Of a DNA stretch of 64,000 nt, positions 1-12,500 are shown one piece after another. Position 1 is the stretch's first letter; each line of letters begins with the position of its first letter. The position numbers and the translations under genes were made by a program. Below the pieces are notes generated by a model. The model made no database searches. It saw nothing but the letters and a program-made list of their open reading frames with translations, and was not told the DNA's origin. The DNA lies in contig JARFYF010000052.1 in NCBI GenBank assembly GCA_030265395.1, forward strand, positions 105,983,529-106,047,528, written 5' to 3'. The stretch comes from Rhina ancylostomus. Its lineage: Eukaryota.

Positions 1-167
1 GTAGGTTGGGTGGTGGTATAGACGTATATCAAATAGTTAAAGGAAGATCAGGAGTAACAGGGAGAAGGTTGTAGGGAGGGCGTAGGGGTGTTGGGGCAGA
101 TGGAAGATGAGTAGGAGCACAGACAGATCTGGGAAAACAAGGAGTACATCAGGAAATCAGAAGGAAG

Positions 168-1930
168 TGCATGGAAAATCAAACAAATCTGCAGGTGCTG
201 GAAATCTGAAACAAAATAGAAACCCCTCACAAGTTAGGCAGCAGTGGTGGAAAGAGAAACAGAGTGAAGGTTTCAGACTGAAAACCTTTCATCAGAACTG
301 GGAAGGAGAGAAAACAAATTAGTTTTAAGTTACAGAGAAGGTGGGTTTAGAGATGGATAGGATAGGAATTTGTGACAGCTTGGGAGCAGGGTTGCTGTGA
401 GGATGGGTTGCTGATAGAGGAGTAAGAGTGTGACAAAGAAGTGTGGCAAATAGGGTGTACTAGTGGAGGGGGATAAAAATCTGAGCCCACATCACTGATG
501 GATGACTTATAGCAGAAGTAGCCAGTTCTGATACAGACAGAGAAAGCGAGGTACCTAAAATTGGAGAATTCAATATGGAGTCCGTGTGGCTTGAGCATGT
601 CCAGATGGAACATGATGTGCTGTTCCTCAGGCTTGTGTTCACCCTTGTTATAACAGCACAGGAGCCATGGAGAGATGGGTCAGACTGGCAGTGGGATGGG
701 GAATTAAAAGTGGCTGGCAATTGGAAGCTCAGTGTTGCCCTGCAAACCAAATGCAAATGCTCTGCAAAGTGATTACCCAATCCGTGTTTGATTTCTGAAA
801 CATAGAGGTCACATTGTGAAACACTAGACTGGATTGGAAGAAGTGCAAGTGAATCACTGCTTCACCTGGAAAGNNNNNNNNNNNNNNNNNNNNNNNNNNN
901 NNNNNNNNNNNNNNNNNNNNNNNNNNNNNNNNNNNNNNNNNNNNNNNNNNNNNNNNNNNNNNNNNNNNNNNNNNNNNNNNNNNNNNNNNNNNNNNNNNNN
1001 NNNNNNNNNNNNNNNNNNNNNNNNNNNNNNNNNNNNNNNNNNNNNNTGGAACTGTGTTGGAGCTGGCAGAAATTGCAAAGTATGATCTATTGAATGTGGA
1101 GGCTGGTGAGGACCAAGGGAGCTCTGATGAAAAACACTATGATGCTGGAGGAACTCTCCTGGCTTGCTGAGTTCCTCCAGCATCACACTTTTTAATCTAG
1201 GTTCCAGCACCTGCAGTCCTTTGTTTCACCAGGGAAACTCTGTCCTTGCTCTATCCAGGGGAAGAGAGGTGGAGAGCAGAACTGCGGGTTGTAAATGAGA
1301 TGCGGTCAAGGACTCTGTCCACTATGGCACGGGGGAAGCCACAGTTCAGAAAGAAGGGAGACATTCCATAGGCACCTATGTGGAAAGTCTCATCACTGGA
1401 GCAAATACAGGAGCCTTTTGCAGTGGGTGGAAGTATGGTCAAGATAGTTATGGGAGTCTGTAGGCTTGTAATGGTTGTTTGTCGTTAGCCTATGCCCTGA
1501 GATGGAGACAGAGATCCAGAAAAGAAAGGGTGAGTCAGAACTGGACCATATGAAAGTGAGAGCAGGTTAGAAATTGGCAGCAGAAGTAATGGGATTTTTG
1601 AGTTCAATATGAATGCTGGAAGCAGCGCCAATACAGTCATTCACGTACCAGAAAAAAAATTGAGTTAGGGGACCTGAGTATGACTGTAAAAAAGACTGTC
1701 CCACAGATCCCACAAAAAGACAGGTGTAGCTTGGGCTCATGTGAGTGCCTGCAGTTACTTCATAGATGTGGAGAAAGTGAGTGGAACTGAAGAAGTTGCT
1801 TGGTGTGAGGACAAGTTCAGCCAAATGAATGTTGATGGAGGAAATCTGGTTGGGCCTCTGTTCAAGGAAGTGCAAGACCTTCAGACCCTCCTGAGGTACT
1901 TGGAGGTATAGAAGCACTTTATAGAGTGGA
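168..1930 (-). mobile_element. Decayed Penelope-like retroelement (RT + GIY-YIG endonuclease + terminal repeat)
   Basis: ORF 1567..2118 has RT motifs (GTHMSPSYTCLFVG; WYVNDCIG resembling RYIDD). ORFs 460..780 and 347..613 have the GIY-YIG C-terminus (HFAEHL..FNSPSH; LHIEFSN). Terminal repeat at ~168-300. Many frameshifts and stops. Confidence 0.85.
1127..1228. mobile_element. Short hairpin element (Penelope-terminus-like MITE) inserted in the Penelope copy
   Basis: Perfect 17-bp inverted repeat TGATGCTGGAGGAACTC (1140-1156 / 1169-1185). Flanked by a near-duplicated site ccaagggagctctg (1113-1126) / ccagggaaactctg (1229-1242). Confidence 0.6.
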
Positions 1931-3654
1931 GGAAAGAGGAGTATAAGGTCTATCGCTGAGGATGTTAAGAGGACACAGGAGTATGACTGGATTTCTGATA
2001 ACATCCTGTGACTTAGTGCATAAGAATATTGCGCTACATTTTTCAAAATGGTCATGTTATTATTGAGCAATGAACAGCAAGACAAAAGATTTATAACTGT
2101 AACTGGAATGATAAACACACAGCAAGAAGATTGTGATACAACTGTTCAGTTTTATTTGTCCTGGGGTAAGAATCTAATCTCCATGGACAAATGAAGTGAT
2201 AAGATTTTTCTTAATCATTTGTGACAGTTGTGTGTGATAATTTGAAGAGCTTAGTCTAAATTTGAAACTAAAAGAATACTATTTATTGAAGGAAAAATAT
2301 ATGGAAACTATTCTGTAGTTTGGAAGTTACAGAAATCCAATCATTGGTGCAGGACCTTTTTTCCCCTCAATCTAAGTAGATTCTCAAAGTGGTAAACTTT
2401 TTTTTTCCTTTTTCTCTCATTTTTATTACTGTACATCTTATTTTAGGCAGAGGTCCACAGGACTGCAGTATTATCCCCTTAACAGATATAAATCCACAAA
2501 CAAGTTTTGTTTTTTCTGTGAGTCAGATCAGACTGTGGTTTATTGGTGGCAGATCTGTATGTCAACAGTTTGAATAAATATAGCAGTGTCTGACTATGGC
2601 CATTATTTTCACTTGAGAGTGAGCCATGCAGGCAATCATGTCACAGTCTATGGCCTGTCAAGTTCACATCTGTGAATCACAGAGTGTGCAATTATTGTTG
2701 TCACAAGAGAACACCATCATCTTCATGACCATTATCAGTGTCAAATAAAAATCCATTACTGAGAATAAATGTGGCCTCATCACTAAGATTTATGTTTACA
2801 CACAGGCATATTTTAAATAACTCACACAACATCTGAAAAATGAACAAGAGGCAAGAGACTATCCCAAAGGAAATGCAGCAGTAATGATGTAATGTCAAAA
2901 GTATTTCATTCATAGCCAGCAGGCACAAGCCAAATCAGGTACCTTCTTATTTCTTTAAATAAAAACATAAAAATCATCAGCGCTAGTTTTAATTCCAAGT
3001 CTTATAACAATGTATTACGATTAAAAATGAGCTGGCAATACGTTGTTTCTCTGAACGCTGGTTTTGCTAGAATAACTTACAAAGCCTAGATGATTATAAC
3101 AGCCCTTCTTAATATTTTCTTGAAGGACAGCCCTGATGCAATGCCTCAGAACATTGATCCTAGAAGTTGTCTTTCAAATAACTACTTTCAAGCGCTGCTA
3201 CTCATAATGCCAGTCTTCCTATATTTTCTCAACAAGCTGTCCTCAGATGACCACATTCCCGCTCCGTGGGCTAAAATTCAGCCTCTGCTCCTGCCTACAG
3301 TATTCCTTTTAGAATGCCTTTCCTTTTACAGTCATGGTGTTCCACTGAAATTTTTTCTTCTTTAAAGCTGCTCTGTCTGAGAGTGACATTTGCTGGCTTT
3401 TGCTAGTTCTTTCTTGCTGACTCTAGAGTAGTGCATAAATTTTCTCTAGAACTTTCTTCTGGTCTGCCATTTAAGCAAATCTGGGGATGCTTGCCTTCAC
3501 TGAGGCATTAGATGGGAATCTTTCAAGCAGCATAGATGGAGAGAGCCACGATAACTTTGAATGCATTTAAATCTGCAAATTCTATCATGAGAATCTTGTG
3601 TATTTTGACATCAGAATCTTCCTCTCTACTTCGTGAAATTAAGCGTCCCACCTA

Positions 3655-5040
3655 GAGGATTGGAGAGTAGTAAATGTTGTGCCTTTGTTCAAGAGGGGAA
3701 ATGGGGATAATCCAGGTAATTATCAGCCAGTGAGCCTCACATCAATGGTAGGGAAGCTATTGGAGAGGATACTGAAGGATAGGATTTATGTACATTTGGA
3801 AAGGCATGGCCCACTTAGGGACAGTCAGCACAGCTTTGTGCAGGCAAGTCATGTCTAATAAACTAGATCAAGATTTCTGAGGAGGTGAGAATGGAGCTTG
3901 ACGAGGGTAAGGCAGTGGACATTATTTACATGGATTTTAGTAGGGCATTTGATAAGGTCCCTCATGGTAGGTTGATTCAGAAGATAAAGATGCATGTGAT
4001 CCAGGTGAACTGTAAGCTTGGATTCCGAACTGGCTTGCCCATAGAAGACAGAGGGTAGGGGTGGAAGGCGGTTATTTTGGCTGGAGGTCCATGACCAGTG
4101 GTGTTCCACAGGGTTTGGTGCTGGGACCTCTGTTGTTTGTGATATATATCAATGATTTGGATGAGATTGTAGATGGGTAGATTAGCAAGTATGTGGTTGA
4201 TACCAAGACTGGTGAAGAACTGCCAGAGAATACAGCAGGATATAGATCAGTTACAGATATGGGCAGAGAAGTGGCAGATGGACTTTAATCCAGGCAAGTG
4301 TAAGGTACTGCAGTTTAGGAGATCAAATGAAAGAAGAAAGTATACAATTAATGGTCGGCCCCTTAATAGCATTGGGGTTCACTGAAATTGGCTACGCAAG
4401 TGGATAAGGTGGTAATGAAAGTGTGTGGCGTTGTTCATTGGTAGGGGTGTTGAGTAAAAGAGTAAGGAAGTCATATTGCAGCTATATAAAACTTAGGTCA
4501 AACTGCACTTGGAGTATTGCGTGCAGTTGTATTTGTCCCATTATGGGAAGGATGTGGAGAGAGTACAGAAGAGGTTCACCAGGATGCTGCCTGGATGAGA
4601 GGGCTTGAGCTATCAGGAAAGGTTGAACAAACTTAGGTTGTTCTCCTAGAGTATCAGAGGCTGAGGGGAGACCTGACAGAGGTTTTTAAAATTATGAGAG
4701 GCATGGATAGGGTGGAAATCAGAATCTGCTCCCCAGCGTAGAAATGTCAAAAACCAGAGGACATGCTTTTAAGGTTAAGGAGGGAAGTTTAAAGGTGACA
4801 TGAGGGGCAAGCTTTTTACGCAGAGAGTGGTACGTGCCTGGAATGGGTTACCAGTCATTGAAACTGGCAGTTTGGTGGAGTTTAAGAGGCTTTTAGATAG
4901 ACACATGAATATGAAGGGAATGGAGGGATACGGATGATACACAGGAGGACGACATTTAGTATAAATCGGCATCAAGATAGGCACAACATCATGGGCTGAA
5001 TGGCCTGTCTGGTGCTGTACTGCTCTACGTTCTATGTATG
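3655..5040 (+). mobile_element. 5'-truncated CR1-clade LINE (RT and 3' end), decayed
   Basis: Translates to GDNPGNYQPVSLTS..GKLLE, a [20 protein letters not shown] motif and WAEKWQMDFNPGKCKV. CR1-type tail GGCCTGT..TGCTGTACTGCTCTACGTTCTATG ends ~5040. Confidence 0.9.
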
Positions 5041-5044
5041 TTTT

Positions 5045-5250
5045 GTTTTGACCTTGTGATGGAGGGGAGATGACTGATGAAGCAGTTATGTGGTTGGGTG
5101 CAAGACCAGCCTGAGGAATTCCTGCTTCGATTGAGATAACTGGCCACAACGATTTTATTTGTTTTAGGTACGTGTCCAACAAGAGGAGGATTTCCCCCAA
5201 TTCCCACTGACCTCAGTTTTATAGGAGTCCTTTGATACTATGCTGGGTCA
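5045..5250 (-). mobile_element. LINE RT fragment (L2/CR1-like)
   Basis: AGIPQAGLAP in ORF 4775..5200 is a decayed GVPQGSVLGP motif. Confidence 0.5.
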
Positions 5251-5521
5251 AATGATAATCAAGGACAAATATTTTTGCCTTACCACTGGAATGCAAATCT
5301 TTCTTTACTGGAATCAGCCACCCACTGCACACACAACTGTGACATTAGTGCAGGGCAAGGAGTTACTGTTGGTTGCTGTCTCATTGCATCAAACTCCTTC
5401 TGCTGCATCTGGAGGTGTTTGCTCTACCTTGAAATTTGTTGTCCACTGTGTAAAGCAGCTATTGATACTTTCAACTCAATAAACAGCTGGCAATCTTTCA
5501 TTCTGTCCAGTCCGTGGGGAG

Positions 5522-5990
5522 TAAATCGGTTTATTATTGTCACATGTACCAAGGTACAGTGAAAAACTTTGCTTTGCCTGCCATTCATACAGCCTCATCA
5601 CATTGGTATTGGTTTATTACATAGAACACTACAGCACAGTACAGGCCTTTCGGTCCACAATGTTGTGCTGGCATTTTATCCTACTCTAAGATCTATCCTC
5701 CTATATATCCCCCTTCCCTCCTACATAGCCCCCTATTTTTCTATTATTGTCACTTGTACCGAGGTACAGTGAAAAACTTGTCTTGCATACTGATTGTACG
5801 GGTCAATTCATTGTACAGTGCAGTTACATTGAGTTAGCACAGAGTGCATTGAGGTAGTACAGGTAAAAACAATAACAGTACAGAGTAAAGTNNNNNNNNN
5901 NNNNNNNNNNNNNNNNNNNNNNNNNNNNNNNNNNNNNNNNNNNNNNNNNNNNNNNNNNNNNNNNNNNNNNNNNNNNNNNNNNNNNNNNNN
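5522..5990 (-). mobile_element. Cluster of Rex1-type LINE 3' tails with an interleaved CR1 3' tail fragment
   Basis: TATTATTGTCAC(A/T)TGTACC(A/G)AGGTACAGTGAAAAACTT occurs twice (~5532, ~5742). CATAGAACACTACAGCACAGTACAGGCC (reverse CR1 tail) at 5620. Partly N-masked. Confidence 0.6.
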
Positions 5991-5994
5991 NTTA

Positions 5995-7025
5995 GTCCTC
6001 ATGCATGCTCTGGACCTTTCTCTGCAGAACACTGGATTTACAAGATCTGAAAGCTATAACATTTCCACTTTATCTATCACCACATTTGGTTCTGCAAAAG
6101 GTAACTTCTTTCTTTCCTTTCTAATGTCAAAGATCACAAACTTGAACTCCAATACTCCTCCTGACCTTTCTCTCCCTTCACTTTCCTCTCCCCCCAGTTC
6201 CACCCTCTGCCGTGTTTCTACAATCCCTTCCAATCTTCCCATTTCTGATTCCAAACTATCAGTCTTCAGAGAAGCCTCGTCTTCATCCCCCTATATCCTC
6301 GTCTCAATGAATTCTGCACCTGACGTGACCTTGAACTCTTCTTTCACCCCTCTGCCCATTTCTTTGTCCAGGAACCTTTACCCAGATTGCAGACCCTTTC
6401 TTCTGTCTCTGGAATTTTCAATTCACCTGGACCTCTCCCTCTGACCTTTTATCCTCTCTGGATCTGTTCATTGCTAACTACAGAAGGGACGTCGATTGCC
6501 TTGATGTTTCCATTGCCTGCACTCACTTTACCCTACCCCCTTCTGAGTTTGCAGTGCTCAGTTTACAATGAATCAGTCATGATCTTGTCATCAAATCAAT
6601 GGAAAAAGGTGGTGTTGTTTTTATGTCACACTGATCACTATCTTGCAAAGGCCAAACATCAACTTTCAGACACATCCTCAGACCTCCGTCTGGACATCAA
6701 GCCATTGTCTCCAACACAGTCAAAGACCTCATTTATTCAAGATATCTTCCTCCACAGCTTTCACCCTGGTAGTACTCCAACATTGCACTCCCATTTCTAT
6801 CTCCTGCCCAAGATCCACTTGCAGGACTCTCTGGGCAGACCTATTGTTTCAACCTGCTCTTGCCTCTTTGAACTTATCTCATCCTACTGTTCTAACAAAG
6901 ATTCTTCAACATGAAATGTTAACTTTGATTCTGTATCCACAGATGGTGCCTGACCTGCTGAGTGTTTCCAGCATTTCCTGTTCTTGTTTCAGGCTTCCAG
7001 CATCTGCAATCATTTTGATTTTTAC
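5995..7025 (+). mobile_element. Decayed Penelope-like element (RT N-terminal part) plus terminal repeat fragment
   Basis: ORF 6387..6914 contains YLAKAKHQLSDTSS and FYLLPKIH...GRPIVSTCSC, typical PLE RT motifs. Terminal motif ACAGATGGTGCCTGACCTGCTGAGTGTTTCCAGCATTT at ~6939-6977. Confidence 0.8.
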
Positions 7026-8789
7026 TGTAAAGAAGAAATTGGCTATGACTCAGTGTAGTTCAGCACAAAGTTCAATGAATAATGTCAACTTCTGTTTCTC
7101 TTGGATGAATCCGCAGGATCAAGCAATTTTAATAAACCATGCTTAAAATGACTTATTGAGTGAAATAATAAGAGAAAATGCTGAAAATATTTAGGAGGTC
7201 AGCTGGCATCTATGGGTACAAAAACAGTTATAGGGTCAATGATCTACCATCCAAATGATGACAGTCCATTGGTCTAACATATTATCTCTGCTTCCCTGCT
7301 CATAGGTACTGCCTGCCATTCTATGTAACTCAATTCTAAGCATCCATACTTTAAAGAATAAATATTGTCACTATCTCCTATACACTAAGGAGAATATATA
7401 GAAACTATTTTTAACTCAATGTTAAGATTGGGTAATGCTTAAGTACACTTGAATATATTTATTCATAAAGTATATAATTCAGCAGCAGAGTAGAATGATT
7501 GCTCCCTCAACACATTCATTATATAGGTCTAGTCTGTGGAAAAATGTATTAATGAAAACACAAATTGGTAGACATTAATCATGACTTTTCTATTTTGTTT
7601 ATTTTGCCTTTAATTTTACCAGCATCTGGAACATTTCCACCATCAGAGGCAGTAGAGAGGCTAGTACTTAAATTTTGCAAAGGAAGCAAAAAAACTAGGC
7701 AGAGATAGTGGCAGAAGATGGCTTGTGCACATTTTGACAAGCGCAATTAAAGATATGAGTCATGGCATGACACTCTGATGCCTCTGCTGAACCACATTAT
7801 GTTCTGTGGTTAATGAGATCACAACAGAAAGAATGCGAAGCCCAGGTTTCCAGAAAGAAGCAGACCTAAAGTCAGAAAGGAGATGAGATCATACTGGGCA
7901 GCAGTCTGGGCAACTTGAGTGTGAGATCAGTATTCAAGCATGTGTATATCATACTGCTGGTAGTATAGTACATTTTAATGCTGGTTGGAACTGGAGTCAA
8001 TTAGAATGAATGTGAGAAATTTCTGCCAATCTGGATGTCATCCCACCGATGATGTGGTACTGATGAGGTACTGGATACTAAATCAAAATAAACATCAAGT
8101 AAAATATTCAATACACAGCATGGGCAATTCTTTTCATTTAAATCATATTTCTTTGCATTCTTGTTCAACATTTAACTCAATAAATTTGAGATTACACTCT
8201 GCTGTATTCATTTTGTGTTTGTCATTTTCTTTGTACTTTGTTCTTCTGGGTTTAAGTCCCTAAACATTCATCAATTTACACAGAATAAGATGTGATTATG
8301 AATCACACTGCATAATACAAACATATTGATGTATTCATTTGAAAATCCTTTCCCTGCTACTATAATGAGAGTATTAATGGATGTATTTAATCACACTGCA
8401 AGACTATATCCAGTAGATTAGGTTATATATTGTGCCCAGTACTTAAAAACAATAAAAACAAAATTGGATTTGTTCCTAAAATGGTAAGAGGAACAGTGCC
8501 AGTTTATACTTAAGTTCTGATTTCCTAAACACTCTCATCCAATTGTAATTTTTAATAAAAGATTGAATGGGAAATCATAGTTGCATGGGTGCTGAGTGAG
8601 AGAAAGCAGAGCACCATACATGTGTACTCAGTCTCCACAGACAATATTGGTTTACACCGTGTGCTGCTGATGAAACTTGGAAAAGTTGATGAGTTGATAG
8701 CAAAAACACCTCTGTTCAGTCATCTGAAACTTGTTTCTAAAACAGCTCTTTGTTTTCCTGGGACTTCTTTGCCAGGAACAAACATTTTT

Positions 8790-9130
8790 AAAAAATTAAT
8801 TATGGGATGTCGCTGCATTCATTGCCTGTCCCTGATTGTCCTTGAACTCAATGCTTACTTCGTTATTTCAGCAGACAGTTAACCACATTGACTAGATTCT
8901 GGATTCACATATGGGCCAGACCAGGTTAGAACTACGTAATTCCTTCCCTAAAGGATGTTAGTTTTTACAGTAATCTAGTTCTTCAGTCACTGACATGGAT
9001 ACTATCTTTCTTTTAAAACCAGTTTCTTTAAATTATTTGAATGTAAATTCCTCAGCTGCCACAATGGTAGTTAAGTACATATCTTCAAATCATTAGTATA
9101 AGCCCATAGATTATTGGTCGAGTAATGAAA
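8790..9130 (-). mobile_element. Old tRNA-derived SINE with an L2-like tail
   Basis: Reverse complement resembles the copies at ~21900-22150 and ~48330-48590 (AGGGAAGGAA...CTGGTCTGGCC.ATATGTGA.TCCAG). Confidence 0.55.
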
Positions 9131-9254
9131 CAATGTCAGTATATATTTTCTGAATGAAGTAGTACTATACTTATATTGAGTGCCATTGCTTTGCAGAAGA
9201 TCTTTCCGCACTGCCACCAAATCAACTGAACAACTGTGACATTGTGCATTGCTT

Positions 9255-9612
9255 GTACAAGATGATAAGAGGCACAGATCGAGTGGACAGTCAGAGACTT
9301 TTTCCCAGGGTGAAAATGGCTAATATGAGGGCATATAATTTTAAAGTGATTGGAGGAGGGTAAAGGGGGGCTGTCAGGGGTAAGTTTTTTCACACAGAGA
9401 GTGGTGAGTGCATGGAACACACTGCTGGCAAAGGGGGAGGAGGCAAATACATCAAGGACATTTAAGAGACTCTTAGATAGGCATATGAATGATAGAAAAA
9501 TGGAGGGCTCTTAGGGAGGAAAGGGTTAGATAGATCTTAGAGCAGGATAAAATGTCGGCACAGCATCATAGCCGAGGGCCTATACTGAGCTGTAATGTTC
9601 TATGTCCTATGT
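9255..9612 (+). mobile_element. CR1 LINE 3' end
   Basis: GATAAGAGGCACAGATCGAGTGGAC...TTTTTCACACAGAGAGTGGTGAGTGCATGGAAC...GCTGTAATGTTCTATG, the same family as 4700-5040. Confidence 0.85.
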
Positions 9613-9629
9613 GCCCAGCAAACAATTAT

Positions 9630-9950
9630 AATCATAGAGTCATATGGCCTGGGAACAGGCCCATCAGCCCATTGAGACTGTACCAACCATCAAGCACTAT
9701 GTCCTACATTAATCCTATTTAATTTTCTCCAGAGTCTCATCAGCTCCTAGATTCCAGCACTCACCTACACATTGGAGATATTTACACTGTTAAATTAACC
9801 AACCAACCTGCACATCTTTAGAACATGGGAAGAAACTGGAAGCCACACAGTCACAGGGAGAACATGCAAACTCCACTGGAGGACAGGATTGAACTTGGGT
9901 CACTGGAGTTCTGAGGAAACAGGTCCTTTAGCTATGCCACTGTGCTGTCC
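9630..9950 (-). mobile_element. HE1/V-SINE-like SINE with a CR1-type tail
   Basis: tRNA-like head at the 9950 end, central GTGGAGTTTGCATGTTCTCCCTGTGACTGTGTGG core on the minus strand, CR1-like tail at 9630. Confidence 0.8.
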
Positions 9951-11221
9951 ACACAATGACAGCCTGTTACCACTTAAAATAAGGTCAAACTTCTAAGATA
10001 TTTTCTTGTAGCCCAAGAGGGTGATGGAATCAATTGACAGTGCAAAAAAAACTTGCCATAGGATTGTCTTGGTGGCAACACGCAGGCAGAAGAGTTGGAA
10101 CATGATGGCAATTACAGCATGCAATACTTGAAGGATTGGCCAGACAAATGGCTCTCTGACAGGATGTGAGTTGGATTTGAGTCATACATAAGGCAAGCTG
10201 CAGGCAGAAAAGCTGAAAAGCTGCCACCCAGTATTACCAGAAACAGCTAAACTGTTTTGATTGTTGGGATTCAGTTTAACAGGTTGCACCAAGCTAGATT
10301 GTTCAGCTTTCTCCTGAGATCCCATTGAAACACATTATGTTCAGCAGTGTTTTATTGGACAGAACATGTGTAATCCCTGTTACATTGGTCCTATGCAGAT
10401 GACTAAGTGTGCGCCACCCATATAGCGTACAATGTTGGACTTGCAATGCACACGCTTGCTTTTCTCACTGTCTAGGATGAGACAGTTGGGTTTCAAGCAT
10501 CAGACTATGGGAAGTGGATGAGAGTAAGGAGATTGGAGTGGTGAGGATTAGGCAGAGGATCAATCTAGGGATAGCACAGTTCATATCTGGCAAAAGAAAA
10601 TTGGAATCTGGGGTGAGGAATTAAAATTGGTCAGAGCAGAGATTTCAGCCAGATGGAAATTGGCTCCTTGTGGGGAAACACTTGGTTGGCGATCCCAAGG
10701 TTAGAAGGTAGATGTTAGTACTTACTTTAGATGGGTTCCAGTCCAACAGAGCAATATTAAAACCTAGCCATCCCAAGGGTGAGCAATGATAGTCACTCCT
10801 CAGAACAATGTGGTAATATTTCCCCTCCAATTCTCCAGATGGGACTGACATCACTTGCTGAGCATCTGACACAGAAACCACTTCAGGTATATCTGCTGAG
10901 TACTGCACTATTGAATATCTGTAGTGGCTCAAAATGACTTGGAAATGGCTATTATTGGTTTTACTCAGGAAATATCTAGTTACAATTGCACATCCCTGAA
11001 CAAACGCTACTGCACAATTGAAGTTTTAGGTATACTTGGCTGAACAACATTCAGTTCTACCCAGCTGACAGCCAAATATAACAATTTCCTTAACATCACA
11101 ATGCAAAATTCCTTTCATGGACGCATTAGTTATGGTTTAGTTTCAATTTTTTGTAATTCTTCTCAGGTTTTCTATGAGTTAGACAAGATGTTTAATGAGA
11201 ACCAGTGTAAGAATGCCTTAC

Positions 11222-11710
11222 CAAAAAATTTTTCCACATGATTTGGAACTGGTGAACTGTTAGAAGTTGAAATGATGAGAATTTCCTGAGTGCTGCTCAC
11301 TTTAGAACTTGAATTCCCAGCAAAACTCATTGACACGGTAGTGGCAGCTGAAGGGTCTGATGTCTGACTTGTCAATACTTGTGGCTCAGTGGAGGTAGTT
11401 TCATCCGTGGTGTTGGAGCTGGAGGTATTACCTGGAATGCCAAACTCTCTCTGAATATGATTTGAATTGTCATTTAGACCAGTACTGACATTGCTATATG
11501 TATCTGTGGTCTCAGAACTGTAGATATCAGGTGTTTGGGAACTGGTGGCAGTTTCACCATCCATTGTTGGAGATAGATTCTCCTCACGAGTTGAATTGAA
11601 ATTGAATGTATTCTCAAAATCTGGCATTGAAGTCGTTTTCCCTATATTACTTGTGTTACTTACTTGATAAGTAACTGTCACTTCACTGTCAGTCACCACT
11701 GCCAACAAAC
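11222..11710 (-). CDS. Internal coding exon (489 nt, phase 1-1): end of signal peptide plus Ser/Thr-rich mucin-like ectodomain, PARM1-like sialomucin
   Basis: Acceptor cacttttctttttattatag|GT at 11712-11710 and donor TTTTTTG|GTAAGG at 11221. Open frame matches ORF 11172..11708. Very S/T/N-rich, no Cys, about 8 N-x-S/T sequons (NTS, NST, NLS, NVS, NTS, NTT, NSS, NSS). The PARM1 resemblance rests on recalled exon layout, not on an alignment. Confidence 0.85.
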
Positions 11711-12156
11711 CTATAATAAAAAGAAAAGTGATTAGCTTGACATCTATTGAGATTACGCTTCATATCTAGAATTCCAAATGACTCATTTTCGACAGTGAGT
11801 TGCCTCAGTTACTTAGTGCTTGCCTCTACCTTGGGTATACTAAACCACACAGCCCAGCTTCCCTTTGTAATCCATACCCCAAAAGCAGCTTTCTGTTAGG
11901 ACCTGAAATGGTTAACCAGAATTGGTGTTGGATAAGGAAGAGGAAATATCAGGATGACTTGATAGCTGAGTGATTGGTGGCAGAATACATTGACACTGGG
12001 TAAGGACTGACTGCATTAGTTTAAGATGCCTTCTGTGGTGGAACAGCTTGCCATCATTCACCCTCACATTTCATAAAAGAATGACCACTGTGGGAGAAAC
12101 AAATAACCCATATTATTTGCTCTGATTTCTTTTATTTTTTTTTCAGAAAGTCAATG

Positions 12157-12500
12157 TCATAGAGAAGTACAGCACAAAACAGGCCCTTTGACCCACTGAG
12201 TCCACACCAACCATCAGCCACCCATTAATCCCACATTAATCCCATTTCTTGTATCCCCACATTCTTATCAACTGCCCCCAGATTCTACCATTCACCTCCA
12301 TACTAAGGGCAATTTACTGGGCCAAATCAACCTACCAGCCCACGCATCCCTAGGATGTGAAAGGAAACTAGAGTACCTGAAGGAAACCCACGTGGTCACA
12401 GGGAGAACATGCAAACTCCACGCAGAGAGCTCCCAAGATCAAGACTGAACCTTCATCAATGGCACTGTAAGGTAGTGGCTCTACTAGCTGCACTACAGTG
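12157..12500 (-). mobile_element. HE1/V-SINE-like SINE with a CR1-type tail
   Basis: GGAAACCCACGTGGTCACAGGGAGAACATGCAAACTCCAC core. Tail CATAGAGAAGTACAGCACAAAACAGGCCC at 12158. Confidence 0.8.

Noticed and set aside
2943-3003. Phase 1-2 segment DLELKLALMIFMFLFKEIR as the TM exon of the mucin gene
   Set aside because: The hydrophobic run is only ~10 aa, the acceptor and donor (gtacct) are weak, and it has no real similarity to a sialomucin TM.
10645-10932. 95-aa ORF with an AAA|GTAAGT donor just downstream of the mucin exon
   Set aside because: No adequate polypyrimidine acceptor and no recognisable domain or TM.
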